A DNA stretch of 50,417 nt, taken from the IMG/VR virus record IMGVR_UViG_2700989535_000003, one strand, 5' to 3'. The notes below the pieces were generated by a model. It did not search any database. It was not told where the DNA came from and saw only the letters and a program-made list of their open reading frames with translations. How positions within the stretch are numbered: position 1 is the first letter of the stretch; the number at the start of each line of letters is the position of its first letter. Positions 12,177 through 27,162 of the stretch are shown piece after piece. Position numbers and translations under genes: made by a program. The DNA comes from a virus (taxonomy: Duplodnaviria; Heunggongvirae; Uroviricota; Caudoviricetes).

Positions 12177-12817
12177 TTGTCGGTATACCTCTCTCGTTTG
12201 CTCAGTTGTTCAGGAATATGGTGCAGCAGCTCGCCATCACCACAGTAAATGGCGGCATGATTCGGCACCGATGAACCAAAACAGCACAGCAGCACATCGC
12301 CCGGTTGTGCTGATGACAACGGCACCTGATACAGCCCTGTGGCCTCCAGATTATCCAGATAGAGATTCTGGCCGTTACGCCACCAGTCATCCTCACGATG
12401 AAAGTCCGGCATCTCAATCCCCGCCAGATGATAAGCATCCCGGAACAGTGTGTAACAGTCCGTCACACCGTGCTCAAAGCGCCGCCCGGTGAGATGCGGC
12501 ACACAGCGGAACTTATGAATCGTCCCCCGGCAGACCAGCCACCACGGCAAATCACTCTGCACCTGCAGCCGCCGGTCGGCCTCACTCAGCCAGGGCAGAC
12601 CACCGGGGTGGCTGTGGACCAGCGCCACAATCTCACCCTGCATTTCTGCCTGCAGCCAGTCTTCCGGCGACATACGGAAATACGCCTCCGGCTCACCGGA
12701 GATATTCACGCAGGGAAAATATCTTTCCCCTTCCGGCGTGCTTACCACGAAGCCGCACGACTCCGCTGGCGCACATCGCCGGGCGTGCGCCAGAATCGCT
12801 GATTCTGTCTCTGTCAT
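12074..12817 (-). CDS. K: Tail tip assembly protein K (JAB/MPN + NlpC/P60 domains)
   Basis: 247 aa ORF with HSHPGG (JAMM-like) N-terminal motif and NlpC/P60-like C-terminus; ATG 5 nt after L stop. Start may be internal. Confidence 0.8.
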   Translation of the reverse strand: MTETESAILAHARRCAPAESCGFVVSTPEGERYFPCVNISGEPEAYFRMSPEDWLQAEMQGEIVALVHSHPGGLPWLSEADRRLQVQSDLPWWLVCRGTIHKFRCVPHLTGRRFEHGVTDCYTLFRDAYHLAGIEMPDFHREDDWWRNGQNLYLDNLEATGLYQVPLSSAQPGDVLLCCFGSSVPNHAAIYCGDGELLHHIPEQLSKRERYTDKWQRRTHSLWRHRAWRASAFTGIYNDLAAASTFV

Positions 12818-12822
12818 GGGAT

Positions 12823-13521
12823 TTACTGCGAAAGTTTGTTAATGGAAAGGAAGCCGCCAAAGTTGCCGACGTTATTGCGAAACTTACAACCGCTCAGGCA
12901 TTTGCTGCATTTATCCTTCGTGATATCGGACGTCGGCTGGTCATATTCATCCGCGACAGCCGGACCGTGATAACCGCACTCATCACCGCGATAGGTCCAG
13001 GTGCAGGTATTAGCCAGCATGATGCGGCCCGGAAAAACGGCACCATCCGTTTCCGTCGGTGTGGAGAGCACAAAGGAAGCACTGACCGCGCTCAGTTCGC
13101 TGCACTGCTCGATGCGCCAGCGGCTGATCACCTCCTGCTCCGGATCGGCGTCGCTGTTTCCGTTGACGAAGTTCACCGCATCCAGAAAACGGGCGTAAAC
13201 CTTACGCCGGACCACCGTTCCGCCGACCAGACTCTGCAGATCTTCCGCCATCCCGGTGACCATACCGTACAGGTTAGAAACCGTCAGCGTGGGGCGCGTA
13301 CTGGTGCCTTTGCCATTCAGTTCAAAACCACTCCCCTGAATGGGATACGGCTGATACTGTCGCCCCTGCCAGGTGACCGGCTCACCTTTTTCGTTCTGCT
13401 CATTACAGAAAAAATAACGTTCTCCACCGACCTCTGTCAGGTCGATTTCCCAGAGCACCACGCTGGCCGACTGCTCCGCACGGGTGCATTCATTCAGTGT
13501 TTCCTGCCGGATATCCTGCAT
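12823..13521 (-). CDS. L: Minor tail protein L
   Basis: 232 aa, lambda gpL-like; start overlaps M stop (ATGA). Confidence 0.9.
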   Translation of the reverse strand: MQDIRQETLNECTRAEQSASVVLWEIDLTEVGGERYFFCNEQNEKGEPVTWQGRQYQPYPIQGSGFELNGKGTSTRPTLTVSNLYGMVTGMAEDLQSLVGGTVVRRKVYARFLDAVNFVNGNSDADPEQEVISRWRIEQCSELSAVSASFVLSTPTETDGAVFPGRIMLANTCTWTYRGDECGYHGPAVADEYDQPTSDITKDKCSKCLSGCKFRNNVGNFGGFLSINKLSQ

Positions 13522-13850
13522 CAGTTCACCACCTGTTCAAACTCTGCGCTGAACTCAACACGCAGCATACTGACCCGCGACGACCATTTTGCGCAGGTCA
13601 CCTTTATCTGCCGCCACTCATAAGGCGGCGTCCACAGAAAGGCTTTCCAGCCCCCGTGCTCTTCCAGAAACGACTCCAGTACCGTGGCCTCCTCACGGGG
13701 GACAGAAAGCGTCACGCTGTACGTTTTCAGGTTGGCATTCAGCCCGGCAGGCGCTCGCTGGGAATAGCCATCACCAAAGCGCACCTTTCTTACAGAAGGG
13801 GCCGAAGCCACATCCATACCGGGTTTCACTTTCCAGCGGAAGGTTTTCAT
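13521..13850 (-). CDS. M: Minor tail protein M
   Basis: 109 aa, lambda gpM-like. Confidence 0.9.
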   Translation of the reverse strand: MKTFRWKVKPGMDVASAPSVRKVRFGDGYSQRAPAGLNANLKTYSVTLSVPREEATVLESFLEEHGGWKAFLWTPPYEWRQIKVTCAKWSSRVSMLRVEFSAEFEQVVN

Positions 13851-16426
13851 CGTCCACCTCCGGAGAACAGACCACCATCGCGCATCTGTGCCTGGATTTC
13901 ATCACGGGCACCCTTGCGGGCCATGTCATACACCGCCTTCATCATCTGTGGACCTGGCAGACCATTCGTACCGTCGTTCTGAATCACCACGTGATTGTTC
14001 TGATTAAAATTAATGCCTTCAGCCCGCCGCATCTGCGCCGGACTTCCGGCACCGCCCACATAACCACCTTCCGCATAGCCCCGCATCAGGCGGTACAGGT
14101 TGCCGACACCAATCCGGCTGGTTGCCTCCTTCGTGAAGACAAATTCACCACGGTGAACAATCCCCGCTGGCTCATATTTGCCGCCGGTTCCCGTAAATCC
14201 CCCGGTCGCAAAATGGAATTTCGCCGCAGCGGCCTGAATGGCTGTACCGCCTGACGCGGATGCGCCGCCACCAACAGCCCCGCCAATGGCGCTGCCGATA
14301 CTCCCGACAATCCCCACCATTGCCTGCTTAAGCAGAATTTCTGTCATCATGGACAGCACGGAGCGGGTGAAGCTGCGCCAGTTCTGTTCACTGCCGGTCA
14401 GCATCGCCGCCATATTCTGCGCAATACCATCAAAGGTCTGCGTGGCTGCACTTTTAACCTGCGACATACTGTCCGTGGCACTCTCTTTCCACTCGCTCCA
14501 GCCGGACCTGAGGCCTGCCATCCAGTTCCCGCGAAGCAGGTCTTCAGCCGCCCAGGTCTTTTTCTGCTCTGACATGACGTTATTCAGCGCCAGAGGATTA
14601 TCGCCATACTGTTCCTTCAGGCGCTGTTCCGTGGCTTCCCGTTCTGCCTGCCGGTCAGTCAGCCCCCGGCTTTTCGCATCAATAGCGGCCCGTTTTGCCC
14701 GTTGCTGCTGTGCGAATTTATCCGCCTGCTGCGCCAGCGCGTTCAGGCGCTCCTGATACGTAACCTTGTCGCCAAGTGCAGCCAGCTGGCGTTTGTACTC
14801 CAGCGTCTCATCTTTATGCGCCAGCAGGGATTTCTCCTGTGCAGACAGCTGGCGACGTTGCGCCGCCTCCTCCAGTACCGCGAACTGACTCTCCGCCTTC
14901 CACAAATCCCGGCGCTGCTGGCTGATTTTCTCATTTGCTCCGGCATGCTTCTCCAGCGTCCGGAGTTCTGCCTGAAGCGTCAGCAGGGCAGCATGAGCAC
15001 TGTCTTCCTGACGATCGCCCGCAGGCACCTTCACGCCGGACTGTTTCGGCTTTTTCAGCGTCGCTTCATAGTCCTTTTTCGCCGCCGCCATCAGCGTGTT
15101 GTAATCTGCCTGCAGAATTTTCCCGTCCTTCAGTGCCTTGTTCAGTTCTTCCTGACGGGCGGTATATTTCTCCAGCGGCGTCTGCAGGCGTTCGTAAGCC
15201 TTCTGCGCCTCTTCGGTATATTTCAGCCGTGATGCCTCAGACTCGGCCCAGTCCTTTGCTGCCATCTCTCTGGCCTTTTCAAGATCGGCCTGCAACGTGG
15301 CGGCTGAAAGCCCAAGTTGCGCATTCGCTCTGTCCTCCCATGCTCCCCGGAGATTGGCAAGAAATGCTGAGGTTTTACCGCGCCGGTGGCTCCGGCTCTG
15401 ATACCACTGCCATTTTTTGTCCGCCTCATCAAAAGCCTTTTCTGCTTTCTCCAGCATTCCCTGGGCAGTGTCCGGGCGACCAATATCCAGCACCGAATCC
15501 CACATGGATTTGAATGCCCGTGCTGTCCTGTCTGCCCAGGTCTCCAGCGTGCCCATGTTCTCTTTCAGGCGGCGGGTCTGGTCATCAAACCCTTTCGTTG
15601 CGGCCTCGTTCGCCGCCTGCAATGCCCCGGCTTCATCTCCGGAACGCTGCAACTGAGCAACATACGCAATCTGCTCCGCCGTCACGTTATGGAACTGACG
15701 TGCCATCGCTGTCAGTCCCGACGTCGGGTCTGTGGTCAGCTTCCCGAAGGCTTCAGCGACCTTGTCCACCTCCACGCCGGATGCAGAGGAGAAACGCGCC
15801 ACACTCTGGCTGATCGCCTCAAACTGCTCACCACCACGCACACCGGCATTCACCAGCGCCGTCAGTGACTCGCTGGTCTGGTTAAACGTCAGCCCTGCCG
15901 CCTGCCCGGCTCTGGACAGGACCAGCATACGATCTGCCGTCAGTCCCGCCTGATTGCCGGAAAGGACCAGCGTTTTGTTGAAATCGGACAGGGTTGAGTT
16001 GCCCTGATACCAGGCATACGCCAGCGCACCGGTCGCCACCGCCAGCGAGGTGGCCCCCACCATCGGCAGGGTGATCGCACCGGCAAGCCCCCTGAACATG
16101 GGGATCATCCCGCCGAAGGAGTCCTTAACCTGACCACCCTGTTGCAGCAGGATCAGCCACGGGCTTTGCCCGCCTGCAAGCTGCGTGGCCACGTCGGTGA
16201 ACTGTGCAGGCAGCATACGCATGGCGGCTTTATACTGCCCGACGGAAATCCCCGCTTTCTGTGCAGCCAGCGCCTGTCGGCTCAGCGACTGTTCAACGAC
16301 TGCCGCTGTTTTTTTCGCATCAGTTTCCGTACCGGAAAAATGACGCCTGACTCTGGCCATCTGCTCGTCAAATCTGGCCGCATCCAGACTTAAATCAACG
16401 ACCAGATCGCCTACCGGTTCAGCCAT
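13847..16426 (-). CDS. H: Tail tape measure protein H
   Basis: 859 aa, coiled-coil rich, lambda gpH-like. Confidence 0.9.
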   Translation of the reverse strand: MAEPVGDLVVDLSLDAARFDEQMARVRRHFSGTETDAKKTAAVVEQSLSRQALAAQKAGISVGQYKAAMRMLPAQFTDVATQLAGGQSPWLILLQQGGQVKDSFGGMIPMFRGLAGAITLPMVGATSLAVATGALAYAWYQGNSTLSDFNKTLVLSGNQAGLTADRMLVLSRAGQAAGLTFNQTSESLTALVNAGVRGGEQFEAISQSVARFSSASGVEVDKVAEAFGKLTTDPTSGLTAMARQFHNVTAEQIAYVAQLQRSGDEAGALQAANEAATKGFDDQTRRLKENMGTLETWADRTARAFKSMWDSVLDIGRPDTAQGMLEKAEKAFDEADKKWQWYQSRSHRRGKTSAFLANLRGAWEDRANAQLGLSAATLQADLEKAREMAAKDWAESEASRLKYTEEAQKAYERLQTPLEKYTARQEELNKALKDGKILQADYNTLMAAAKKDYEATLKKPKQSGVKVPAGDRQEDSAHAALLTLQAELRTLEKHAGANEKISQQRRDLWKAESQFAVLEEAAQRRQLSAQEKSLLAHKDETLEYKRQLAALGDKVTYQERLNALAQQADKFAQQQRAKRAAIDAKSRGLTDRQAEREATEQRLKEQYGDNPLALNNVMSEQKKTWAAEDLLRGNWMAGLRSGWSEWKESATDSMSQVKSAATQTFDGIAQNMAAMLTGSEQNWRSFTRSVLSMMTEILLKQAMVGIVGSIGSAIGGAVGGGASASGGTAIQAAAAKFHFATGGFTGTGGKYEPAGIVHRGEFVFTKEATSRIGVGNLYRLMRGYAEGGYVGGAGSPAQMRRAEGINFNQNNHVVIQNDGTNGLPGPQMMKAVYDMARKGARDEIQAQMRDGGLFSGGGR

Positions 16427-16853
16427 ACCGGACTCCTCCTGCGATCCCTTCTGATACTGTCATCAGCATTACGTCATCCTCCGTCATGTCCGCCACATCC
16501 GGGGAAGCGGGGATAACTTCATTCCCGTCCGGGCCAAAACGAACGCCTCCGGCAAGCCCTGCCGCTTTCTGCATCAGCACATCATCTTCAGGCTCTTCGT
16601 CAGCCTCGCGCCGGTTCAGCAGACTGAAATCCAGCGGATGCATCTCCGGATCGCTGAAAAACAGGCTGAGCACGGTGTACGTCAGCCCGGAAAAGTGCAT
16701 ATCCAGCAGAACATCATGAAAATAATGGGTACTGTAAAAGCGGTGCCAGTCGGCATACTCCGTGGATGACATCCCGGCAAGCATGGCGCGCCAGTCGGGT
16801 CGCCCCATCTCACGCGCCAGTTTCAGGGCAAAACTCAGCTCACCGTCGAACAC
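16419..16853 (-). CDS. T: T portion of G-T tail assembly chaperone (expressed by -1 frameshift from G)
   Basis: Reading frame continuing from the slippery heptamer at the 3' end of G; no independent ATG start. Confidence 0.7.
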   Translation of the reverse strand: MFDGELSFALKLAREMGRPDWRAMLAGMSSTEYADWHRFYSTHYFHDVLLDMHFSGLTYTVLSLFFSDPEMHPLDFSLLNRREADEEPEDDVLMQKAAGLAGGVRFGPDGNEVIPASPDVADMTEDDVMLMTVSEGIAGGVRYG

Positions 16854-17257
16854 TTTCCCGCAGAAACAGGCTCTGCAGGCCCGGCGTCCTCTGCCTGTTC
16901 AGGAGCATCATTCACCACAAACTCAGACATACCGGACAGCCGGTACACCACGTTTTCAGCATGAGAAATTGCCTCTGTGGGCCAGGTGGTAAGCACTTCC
17001 TGCTCAATCTGTTTAACGGCTTCATTCATGGAAGGCAGCTTTGTCTTCTTCGGATGGTTATGCCACAGGGACATCGCCACCAGAAACGCGCCGGTTCTGA
17101 TGGCGTCTTCCACAGTAAACTTCCGGTTGCTGTCTGACTCCGCCTGTTCTGCCTGCCGTTTCATCAGGGCGAGATGCTCAATACGCTGCAGGGCTGACAG
17201 TTCAGAAAGCGTGACGGTCACACCGTTATGTTCAAATGATTCGGTTTTCAGGAACAT
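16835..17257 (-). CDS. G: Tail assembly chaperone G
   Basis: 140 aa, lambda gpG length and position. Confidence 0.85.
   Translation of the reverse strand: MFLKTESFEHNGVTVTLSELSALQRIEHLALMKRQAEQAESDSNRKFTVEDAIRTGAFLVAMSLWHNHPKKTKLPSMNEAVKQIEQEVLTTWPTEAISHAENVVYRLSGMSEFVVNDAPEQAEDAGPAEPVSAGKCSTVS
16853..16859 (-). other. Programmed -1 ribosomal frameshift slippery site G GGA AAG (G to G-T)
   Basis: CTTTCCC on plus strand = GGGAAAG on minus, 13 nt upstream of the G stop codon, as in lambda. Confidence 0.65.
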
Positions 17258-17272
17258 CGCTGACTCTCCGGA

Positions 17273-18013
17273 TTAACTGGCGGTGACGTTGATTTCTGCA
17301 ACCGCAGCAAACTCACCATTACCGGATACGACCGGAATGTTGACCTTGCCTGCAGCAACACCTTTCACGGTGATGGTCATACCACTGACCGACACGGTGG
17401 CTTTTGTTTTATCCGCAGACACCGCACGGAAGCTCTTGTCGGTTGCGCCATCCGGCTGGAATGCCACGGTCAGCGTGGTGCTCTGCCCTTTCACTACGGA
17501 AGCACTGGCGGGTGTCACCGTCATGCCGGTTGTCGCCGTCACCGTGCTGCGATCTTCTGCCATCGACGGACGTCCCACATTGGTGACCTTCACCGTGCGG
17601 GTAATCACTTCCTTCGCCGTCACCGCCTTACCGATACTGCTGACCCAGCCACGGAACACATCGACCGTGCCGTTCGGGAAGCGGATTTTATAGGCACGGG
17701 TATCGCCTTCATTAAACCACGCCAGCAGCGCCTGCTGCCCCTGCTCTCCGGGCATCCACGCCAGCGTGAAGCTGGTATCTCCGGCAGATTTCTGCCCCTG
17801 CCCGGTCGCAGTCCAGTCTGCATCTTCATCATCGAGATAGCTGTCGTCATAAGACTCAGCGGTCAGTTCGCCGGGCGTCAGGTCTTTAACTTTTGCCAGA
17901 CGCGACCAGTCAACGTCTGAAAGCGGATTCGCATAAGGGTCACCACTCCCCTTATAAACCCACAGGGTGGTCCCGGCCCCTTTCACCGGCATTACAGGAT
18001 TTGGTACAGGCAT
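17273..18013 (-). CDS. V: Major tail protein V
   Basis: Internal ATG gives [22 protein letters not shown] (lambda gpV N-terminus); Ig-like C-terminal domain. Confidence 0.9.
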   Translation of the reverse strand: MPVPNPVMPVKGAGTTLWVYKGSGDPYANPLSDVDWSRLAKVKDLTPGELTAESYDDSYLDDEDADWTATGQGQKSAGDTSFTLAWMPGEQGQQALLAWFNEGDTRAYKIRFPNGTVDVFRGWVSSIGKAVTAKEVITRTVKVTNVGRPSMAEDRSTVTATTGMTVTPASASVVKGQSTTLTVAFQPDGATDKSFRAVSADKTKATVSVSGMTITVKGVAAGKVNIPVVSGNGEFAAVAEINVTAS

Positions 18014-18020
18014 AGCGTCC

Positions 18021-18416
18021 TCACATTTCATAGGTAATGACATAAGTCAGATCGGCTGAACTCCACAGGCCCGCATCATCGTCGCGCCGGTAGTCATAGC
18101 CGCTGGTCACCATACTGGTGATCAAATCTGACAGTGCCGGGATATCACTCATCACCGGATAAATCCGGGACTCCATCCACGCATCCAGCTCTGAATCCGG
18201 CACCTGAGCAGGCAGGAAAACTTCAATATGCAGCTCCGCCTGCCAGGTATCGCTGTCCAGCTCTTCGCCCGTGTATTCAGCGCCGGTGAGATAAACGGCA
18301 ATTGCCGGAAAATCTTCCTCATCAAAAACAGCGGGGCGACCATCAAAAAGCGTCGCCCCGGTGTCATGCTTCTCCAGTGCATCCAGTACGGCTGCTCGGA
18401 GTTCAGTATGTTTCAT
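18021..18416 (-). CDS. U: Tail terminator protein U
   Basis: 131 aa, lambda gpU-like. Confidence 0.9.
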   Translation of the reverse strand: MKHTELRAAVLDALEKHDTGATLFDGRPAVFDEEDFPAIAVYLTGAEYTGEELDSDTWQAELHIEVFLPAQVPDSELDAWMESRIYPVMSDIPALSDLITSMVTSGYDYRRDDDAGLWSSADLTYVITYEM

Positions 18417-18991
18417 CGCTTTATTACCATCCTCAGTTGATGCTGCAGCGCATAGCCCAGCTCTTTCGGAAGACGCTCACGCCGTATCCGCTCAATATTC
18501 TGTTTAAACGCCGTGGTCAGCGGCACCGCCATCGGGATTTTCACCACATCAATGGGGTAACGATTTTTCCCGGCCACACGCTGCATGACATGCCAGCGGC
18601 CATTTTTCAGTTGCTGAATAAACGCGCCGGGAATACGACGGTTTCCCACCACAAGCACGCTGCCGCCACCTTTCAGGGCTGAACGCTGCCCCTTTTTACG
18701 ACGCCTGCGTCGGGACAGGACAATCCGCGCGTTACCCAGCTTTATTACGGGCAAATCCCCCCGGTTAACCCTGATTCTGGCCTGCGGATTTTTGACCGTG
18801 GCCCTTTTCAGCCTGGCCCTTTCCTTTACCAGTTTCCGGCGTACCTTTGTCTCACGGGCAACCTGTGACGCCGACTGCGATATCGCGGATGAAGCAACGC
18901 GGTTAATGGCCATTGCGGCGGCACCGGGCACCGCCGTTCTGCTGATACGGCTGAGGTTTTCAACGGCCTGCTCAAGACCCTGTATGGCCAT
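18413..18991 (-). CDS. Z: Tail completion protein Z
   Basis: 192 aa, lambda gpZ-like. Confidence 0.9.
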   Translation of the reverse strand: MAIQGLEQAVENLSRISRTAVPGAAAMAINRVASSAISQSASQVARETKVRRKLVKERARLKRATVKNPQARIRVNRGDLPVIKLGNARIVLSRRRRRKKGQRSALKGGGSVLVVGNRRIPGAFIQQLKNGRWHVMQRVAGKNRYPIDVVKIPMAVPLTTAFKQNIERIRRERLPKELGYALQHQLRMVIKR

Positions 18992-19002
18992 ACATCCCCC
19001 TT

Positions 19003-19356
19003 TCAGCGGCGACGGTTAACGGCAGGCGGTACGCCCCGCCCAAGCCAGAGATGACAGCTTCCGCCATCATCCGGCGAAATCCGGTCTATCCAGAAGTTTT
19101 CCTCACCGATGGTCAGCGTGTCGCCGCGCCGCAGCTGCCGCACATCATCAGTCCGGACAAACAGGGACGGGCTGGAGCCTTCAACGCGCACGCCCTGTCC
19201 GGCATAGCTGATATTTTCAGGGTCATCAAAAACACCACGTATCACAGCACCGGACTGCTCACCGGATGTCATGGTGGCTGACGTTCCCATGTACCCGCGT
19301 ATCGTTTCATCGGCGCGGGCAATGGCAGCATCGAACAGGTTATCGAAATCAGCCAC
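19003..19356 (-). CDS. FII: Head-tail joining protein FII
   Basis: 117 aa (MADFDNLFDAAIARADET...), GTG start. Confidence 0.85.
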   Translation of the reverse strand: MADFDNLFDAAIARADETIRGYMGTSATMTSGEQSGAVIRGVFDDPENISYAGQGVRVEGSSPSLFVRTDDVRQLRRGDTLTIGEENFWIDRISPDDGGSCHLWLGRGVPPAVNRRR

Positions 19357-19367
19357 AGCGCCTCCCG

Positions 19368-19763
19368 TTATTGCATTCTGGCCAGGCCGCGCTCTGTCAT
19401 TTCAGCTGACACACCGGCAGAGACACGGAACGCCGTTCCCGGCAGCACAAATGCCACAGCCTCATCCCGCGTGGCGTGAAGTGCATCAGTATGCAGCGTC
19501 ACCAGTGCCACAACCGTGACCAGATCAGCCGTATCAGTCACGGTATCCGGCTGCGCTGATACCACCTCATTTTCATGTCCGGTCAGCGCATTTTCCGGGC
19601 TGACAGATGTGTCCTGACCGGCAGCGTCATCCGTGTCATCAAGCTCCTCTTCCAGCTCTGCCACACGGAGCACCAGTTCTTCTTTCGTCCCCGTCAGGCT
19701 GACATCACGGTTCAGTTGCTCACCCAGCACCTGAAGACGGGCAATCAGTTCATCTTTCGTCAT
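19368..19763 (-). CDS. FI: DNA packaging protein FI
   Basis: Internal ATG gives MTKDELIARLQVLGEQLN...; lambda gpFI-like. Confidence 0.8.
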   Translation of the reverse strand: MTKDELIARLQVLGEQLNRDVSLTGTKEELVLRVAELEEELDDTDDAAGQDTSVSPENALTGHENEVVSAQPDTVTDTADLVTVVALVTLHTDALHATRDEAVAFVLPGTAFRVSAGVSAEMTERGLARMQ

Positions 19764-19804
19764 GGACTCCTCCACAGAGAGAAAATGGCCCCGAAGGGCC
19801 ATGA

Positions 19805-20830
19805 TTACGCCAGTTGTACGGACACGAACGCATCAGGGTCAGCCAGCAGCATCAGCGGTGCTGACTGAATCATGGTGAACTCACGCGCCGGATCGCCGGT
19901 GGTCACCCAGTTTTTCGGGTAGCGGGCAGAGGCGTTAATACCTTCGCGCTGTGCGTCCGCATCCTGAATGCAGCCATAGGTGCGCAGACCGCGTGCCTGA
20001 GTGTTCCCCAGCACCATCGTGTTGTCCGGAAGGAAGTTCTTTTTGACGTCGTTTTCCACGTACTGTCCGGAATACACGACGATCGCCGTATCGCCATACA
20101 TCCCCTTATAGGACACCGCTTCGCCCAGGTCTTTTACCGCTGTCTCCAGCTCGGAATTAGAGCCGCGACGGGTATCCAGCTTCTCCCTGACGGCTTTGAA
20201 GGAACGGAACAGCGCCCAGCCTTTCGGATCAAACACGATGATATTCACCACTCCGCTGGCGTTCAGCGCATAGGCTTCGATATCGTCGGTCGGGTCATAC
20301 GTGGACTTGTCACGCTTGCTCCACTCCGTACCACCGGACTGTGTGATGTTGTTCGCCGCACTGCGGCCCATATCCACCTCAACCGGATCGAAGGCTTCAC
20401 CGGTCATGGTGTATTTGCCCTTAAGCACAGCAGAAACTGCCTGCATCTCTTCGACCTGAGCAATGGCCAGCTCTTCGTCTCGCATGTTCTGCATGATGAT
20501 GCGACGGCGGCGGTAAGCCGGGTCCGCCAGATTCTGCGGATCTTCATCCGGCAGGCGACGCAGGGTCATCTGCGGATTCACCTCATGCTTCGGCTTGACA
20601 TATCCCGGTGTAAATTCAGAGGTGGAGCCGCCACGGGAGCGGATAACCTCACCGGAAACAATCGGCGAAACGTACAGCGCCATGTTTACCAGTCCCGGAA
20701 TTTGTGAGAGATAGACTTTCTCCGTGGTGAAGGGATAGCTCTCACGGAAAAAGAGACGCAGAAACAGCGGATCAAACTTAAATTTCTTCTCATTTGCCGC
20801 CAGCAGCTGGGCGGTTGTGTACATCGACAT
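19805..20830 (-). CDS. E: Major capsid protein E
   Basis: Internal ATG gives MSMYTTAQLLAANEKKFKFDPLF (lambda gpE N-terminus); 341 aa. Confidence 0.9.
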   Translation of the reverse strand: MSMYTTAQLLAANEKKFKFDPLFLRLFFRESYPFTTEKVYLSQIPGLVNMALYVSPIVSGEVIRSRGGSTSEFTPGYVKPKHEVNPQMTLRRLPDEDPQNLADPAYRRRRIIMQNMRDEELAIAQVEEMQAVSAVLKGKYTMTGEAFDPVEVDMGRSAANNITQSGGTEWSKRDKSTYDPTDDIEAYALNASGVVNIIVFDPKGWALFRSFKAVREKLDTRRGSNSELETAVKDLGEAVSYKGMYGDTAIVVYSGQYVENDVKKNFLPDNTMVLGNTQARGLRTYGCIQDADAQREGINASARYPKNWVTTGDPAREFTMIQSAPLMLLADPDAFVSVQLA

Positions 20831-20885
20831 AAAAAAATCCCATAAAAAAAGCCGCACAGGCGGCCTTTAGTGATGAAGGGTAAGG

Positions 20886-21218
20886 TTAAACGATGCTGAT
20901 TGCCGTTCCGGCAAACGCGGTCCGTTTTTTCGTCTCGTCGCTGGCAGCCTCCGGCCAGAGCACATCCTCATAACGGAACGTGCCGGACTTGTAGAACATC
21001 AGTGTGGTGCTGGTCTGGTCAGCAGCAACCGCCAGAATGCCAACGGCAGCACCGTCGGTGGTGCCATCCCACGCAACCAGCTTACGGGTGGAGGTGTCCA
21101 GCATCAGCGGGGTCATTGCAGGCGCTTTCGCACTCAATCCGCCGGGCGCGGTTGCGGTATGAGCCGGGTCACTGTTGCCCAGCGGCTGGTAATGGGTAAA
21201 GGTTTCTTTGCTCGTCAT
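20886..21218 (-). CDS. D: Head decoration protein D
   Basis: [27 protein letters not shown]..., 110 aa, lambda gpD-like. Confidence 0.9.
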   Translation of the reverse strand: MTSKETFTHYQPLGNSDPAHTATAPGGLSAKAPAMTPLMLDTSTRKLVAWDGTTDGAAVGILAVAADQTSTTLMFYKSGTFRYEDVLWPEAASDETKKRTAFAGTAISIV

Positions 21219-21227
21219 AAACATCCC

Positions 21228-22527
21228 TTACACTGGTGTGTTCAGCAAATCGTTAACGGCATCAGATGCCGGGTTACCTGCAGCCAGCGGTGCCGGTGCC
21301 CCCTGCATCAGACGATCCAGCGCAGTGTCACTGCGCGCCTGTGCACTCTGTGGTGCTGCGGCCAGAATGCGGCGGGCCGTTTCCACGGTCATACCGGGGG
21401 TTTCTGCCAGCACGCGGGCCTGTTCTTCGCGTCCGTGAGCCTCCTCACAGTTGAGGATCCCCATAATGCGGCTGTTTTCTGCCGCAACCGCAGCGGTGAT
21501 CTGCGCGTTCACGTCCGGCTGCGCCGCGCTGGCGTTTTCGCCCTCCGTCGCTGGCACCACGTCAGTAACGTCAGCCTGCGAAGCAGTGGCTGAAACAGTT
21601 GTTGATTGAGTCTCTTTGGTCATTCGCCCTCCTGAGAGACGGGATTTACGTGCATCCAGTGCATCACGCATAACGGTGATCGCATCGGTGCTGTTGACAA
21701 GTTCATCAGCCAGTCCGGCATCAATGGCCTCCTGACCGCTGTACACTGCAGCCTCGGTATCCAGCACAGCCTGCACGGACAGGCCGGTATATGCCGACAC
21801 CTTCTGCGCAAACATCCGGCGGGTTGCATCCATCCGGGACTGCAGTGTCTCCCGGACGTCATCCGGAAGATGGCTGTAGGGGTTGCCATCCACCTTATGG
21901 CTGCCGCTGTAAATCAGCGTGATTTCCACGCCCTGTTTCTCCAGCGCAGCGCCGTAATTACTGTGAGCCATCATGACGCCGATGGAGCCTGTCCGTGCGG
22001 TCTGCGTGACCAGACGTCGGGAGGCGGCACTGGCAAGCAGCTGACCTGCACTGCAGTTCATGTCGTTGGCCAGCGCCCATACCGGCTTTATGTCACGCAC
22101 ACGGGCGATGATGTCAGCGCAGTCAAATGCTCCCGCCACCATTCCGCCCGGTGTGTCCATATCGAGCAGAATGCCGTCCACCATCGGGTCGCTGGCAGCC
22201 TGTTGCAGACGGGCGATAATGCCGTTGTAACCGGTCATCCCCGAGTACGGCTGCAGCGCCCGCGTCCGGCTGACCAGCGTGCCGGACACCGGCAGCACGG
22301 CGATGCCGTTCATGACCTGATAACTGCGGGCCTGTCGTGGTCCGTCATCATCACCGGATAATGCCAGCGTCGCGGGTGCCTCCTGGGCAGTCAGGCTGTC
22401 GCCGGACACCGCATCCGTCAGGCGGCTGATCCCAAGCTGGCCTGCAAGCGCACAAAAGAAAACCCGCGCATAGGCGGGTTCAAGCATCAGCGGCTCATTA
22501 AAGGCCATGCTGGCAATATGCGGGAGA

Positions 22528-22547
<20 letters not shown>
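21228..22547 (-). CDS. C: Minor capsid protein C (S49 protease-like); C-terminal part also encodes scaffold Nu3 in frame
   Basis: Probable GTG start at 22547 giving (M)TAELRNLPHIASMAF (lambda gpC N-terminus), 20-nt overlap with B stop; track ORF extends further upstream. Confidence 0.8.
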
Positions 22548-26228
<3,681 letters not shown>

Positions 26229-26254
<26 letters not shown>

Positions 26255-26774
26255 TCAGCAACCCCGGTATCAGTTCATCCAGCGCGGCTGCTTTGTTCAT
26301 GGCTTTGATGATATCCCGTTTCAGGAAATCAACATGTCGGTTTTCCAGTTCCGGAAAACGCCGCTGCACCGACAGGGGGATCCCGTCGAGAATACTGGCA
26401 ATTTCACCTGCGATCCGCGACAGCACGAAAGTACAGAATGCGGTTTCCACCACTTCAGCGGAGTCTCTGGCATTCTTCAGTTCCTGTGCGTCGGCCTGCG
26501 CACGCGTAAGTCGATGGCGTTCGTACTCAATAGTCCCTGGCTGGAGATCTGCCTCGCTGGCCTGCCGCAGTTCTTCAACTTCCCGGCGCAGCTTTTCGTT
26601 CTCAATTTCAGCATCCCTTTCGGCATACCATCTTATAACGGCGGCAGAGTCATAAAGCACCTCATTACCCTTGCCACCACCTCGCAGAACGGGCATTCCC
26701 TGTTCCTGCCAGTTCTGAATGGTACGGATACTCGCACCGAAAATGTCAGCCAGCTGCTTTTTGTTGACTTCCAT
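26229..26774 (-). CDS. nu1: Terminase small subunit Nu1
   Basis: 181 aa, MEVNKKQLADIFGASIRTIQNWQEQGMPV (winged HTH), adjacent to cos. Confidence 0.9.
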
Positions 26775-26859
26775 TGTTCATTCCACGGCCAAAAACAGAG
26801 AAAGGAAACGACAGAGGCCCAAAAGCTCGTTTTCAGCACCTGTCGTTTCCTTTCTTTTC

Positions 26860-27010
26860 AGGGGGTATTTTAAATAAAAACATTAAGTTACAACGAAGAA
26901 GAACGGAAACGCCTTAAACCGGAAAATTTTCATAAATAGCGAAAACCCGTGAGGTCGCCGCCCCGTAACCTGTCGGATCGCCGGAAAGGACCCGCAAAAT
27001 GATAATAATT
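26860..27010. other. cos site (cosB / cosN / cosQ); cosN 12-nt cohesive end at 26952..26963
   Basis: Sequence GCGAAAACCCGTGAGGTCGCCGCCCCGTAACCTGTCGG is the reverse complement of the lambda right-end/left-end junction as I recall it (1 mismatch); Nu1 gene starts just leftward. Confidence 0.85.
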
Positions 27011-27162
27011 ATCATCTACATGTCACAACGTGCATCTACGCCATCAAACCACGTCAAATAATCAATTATGACGCAGGTATCGTATTAATTGATCTGCATC
27101 AACTTAACGTAAAAACAACTTCAGACAATACAAATCAGCGACACTGAATACAGGGCAACCTC

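Noticed and set aside
14238-16393. Series of 80-190 aa plus-strand ORFs across the tape measure gene
   Set aside because: All antisense to H; low-complexity translations; H is intact and lambda-like.
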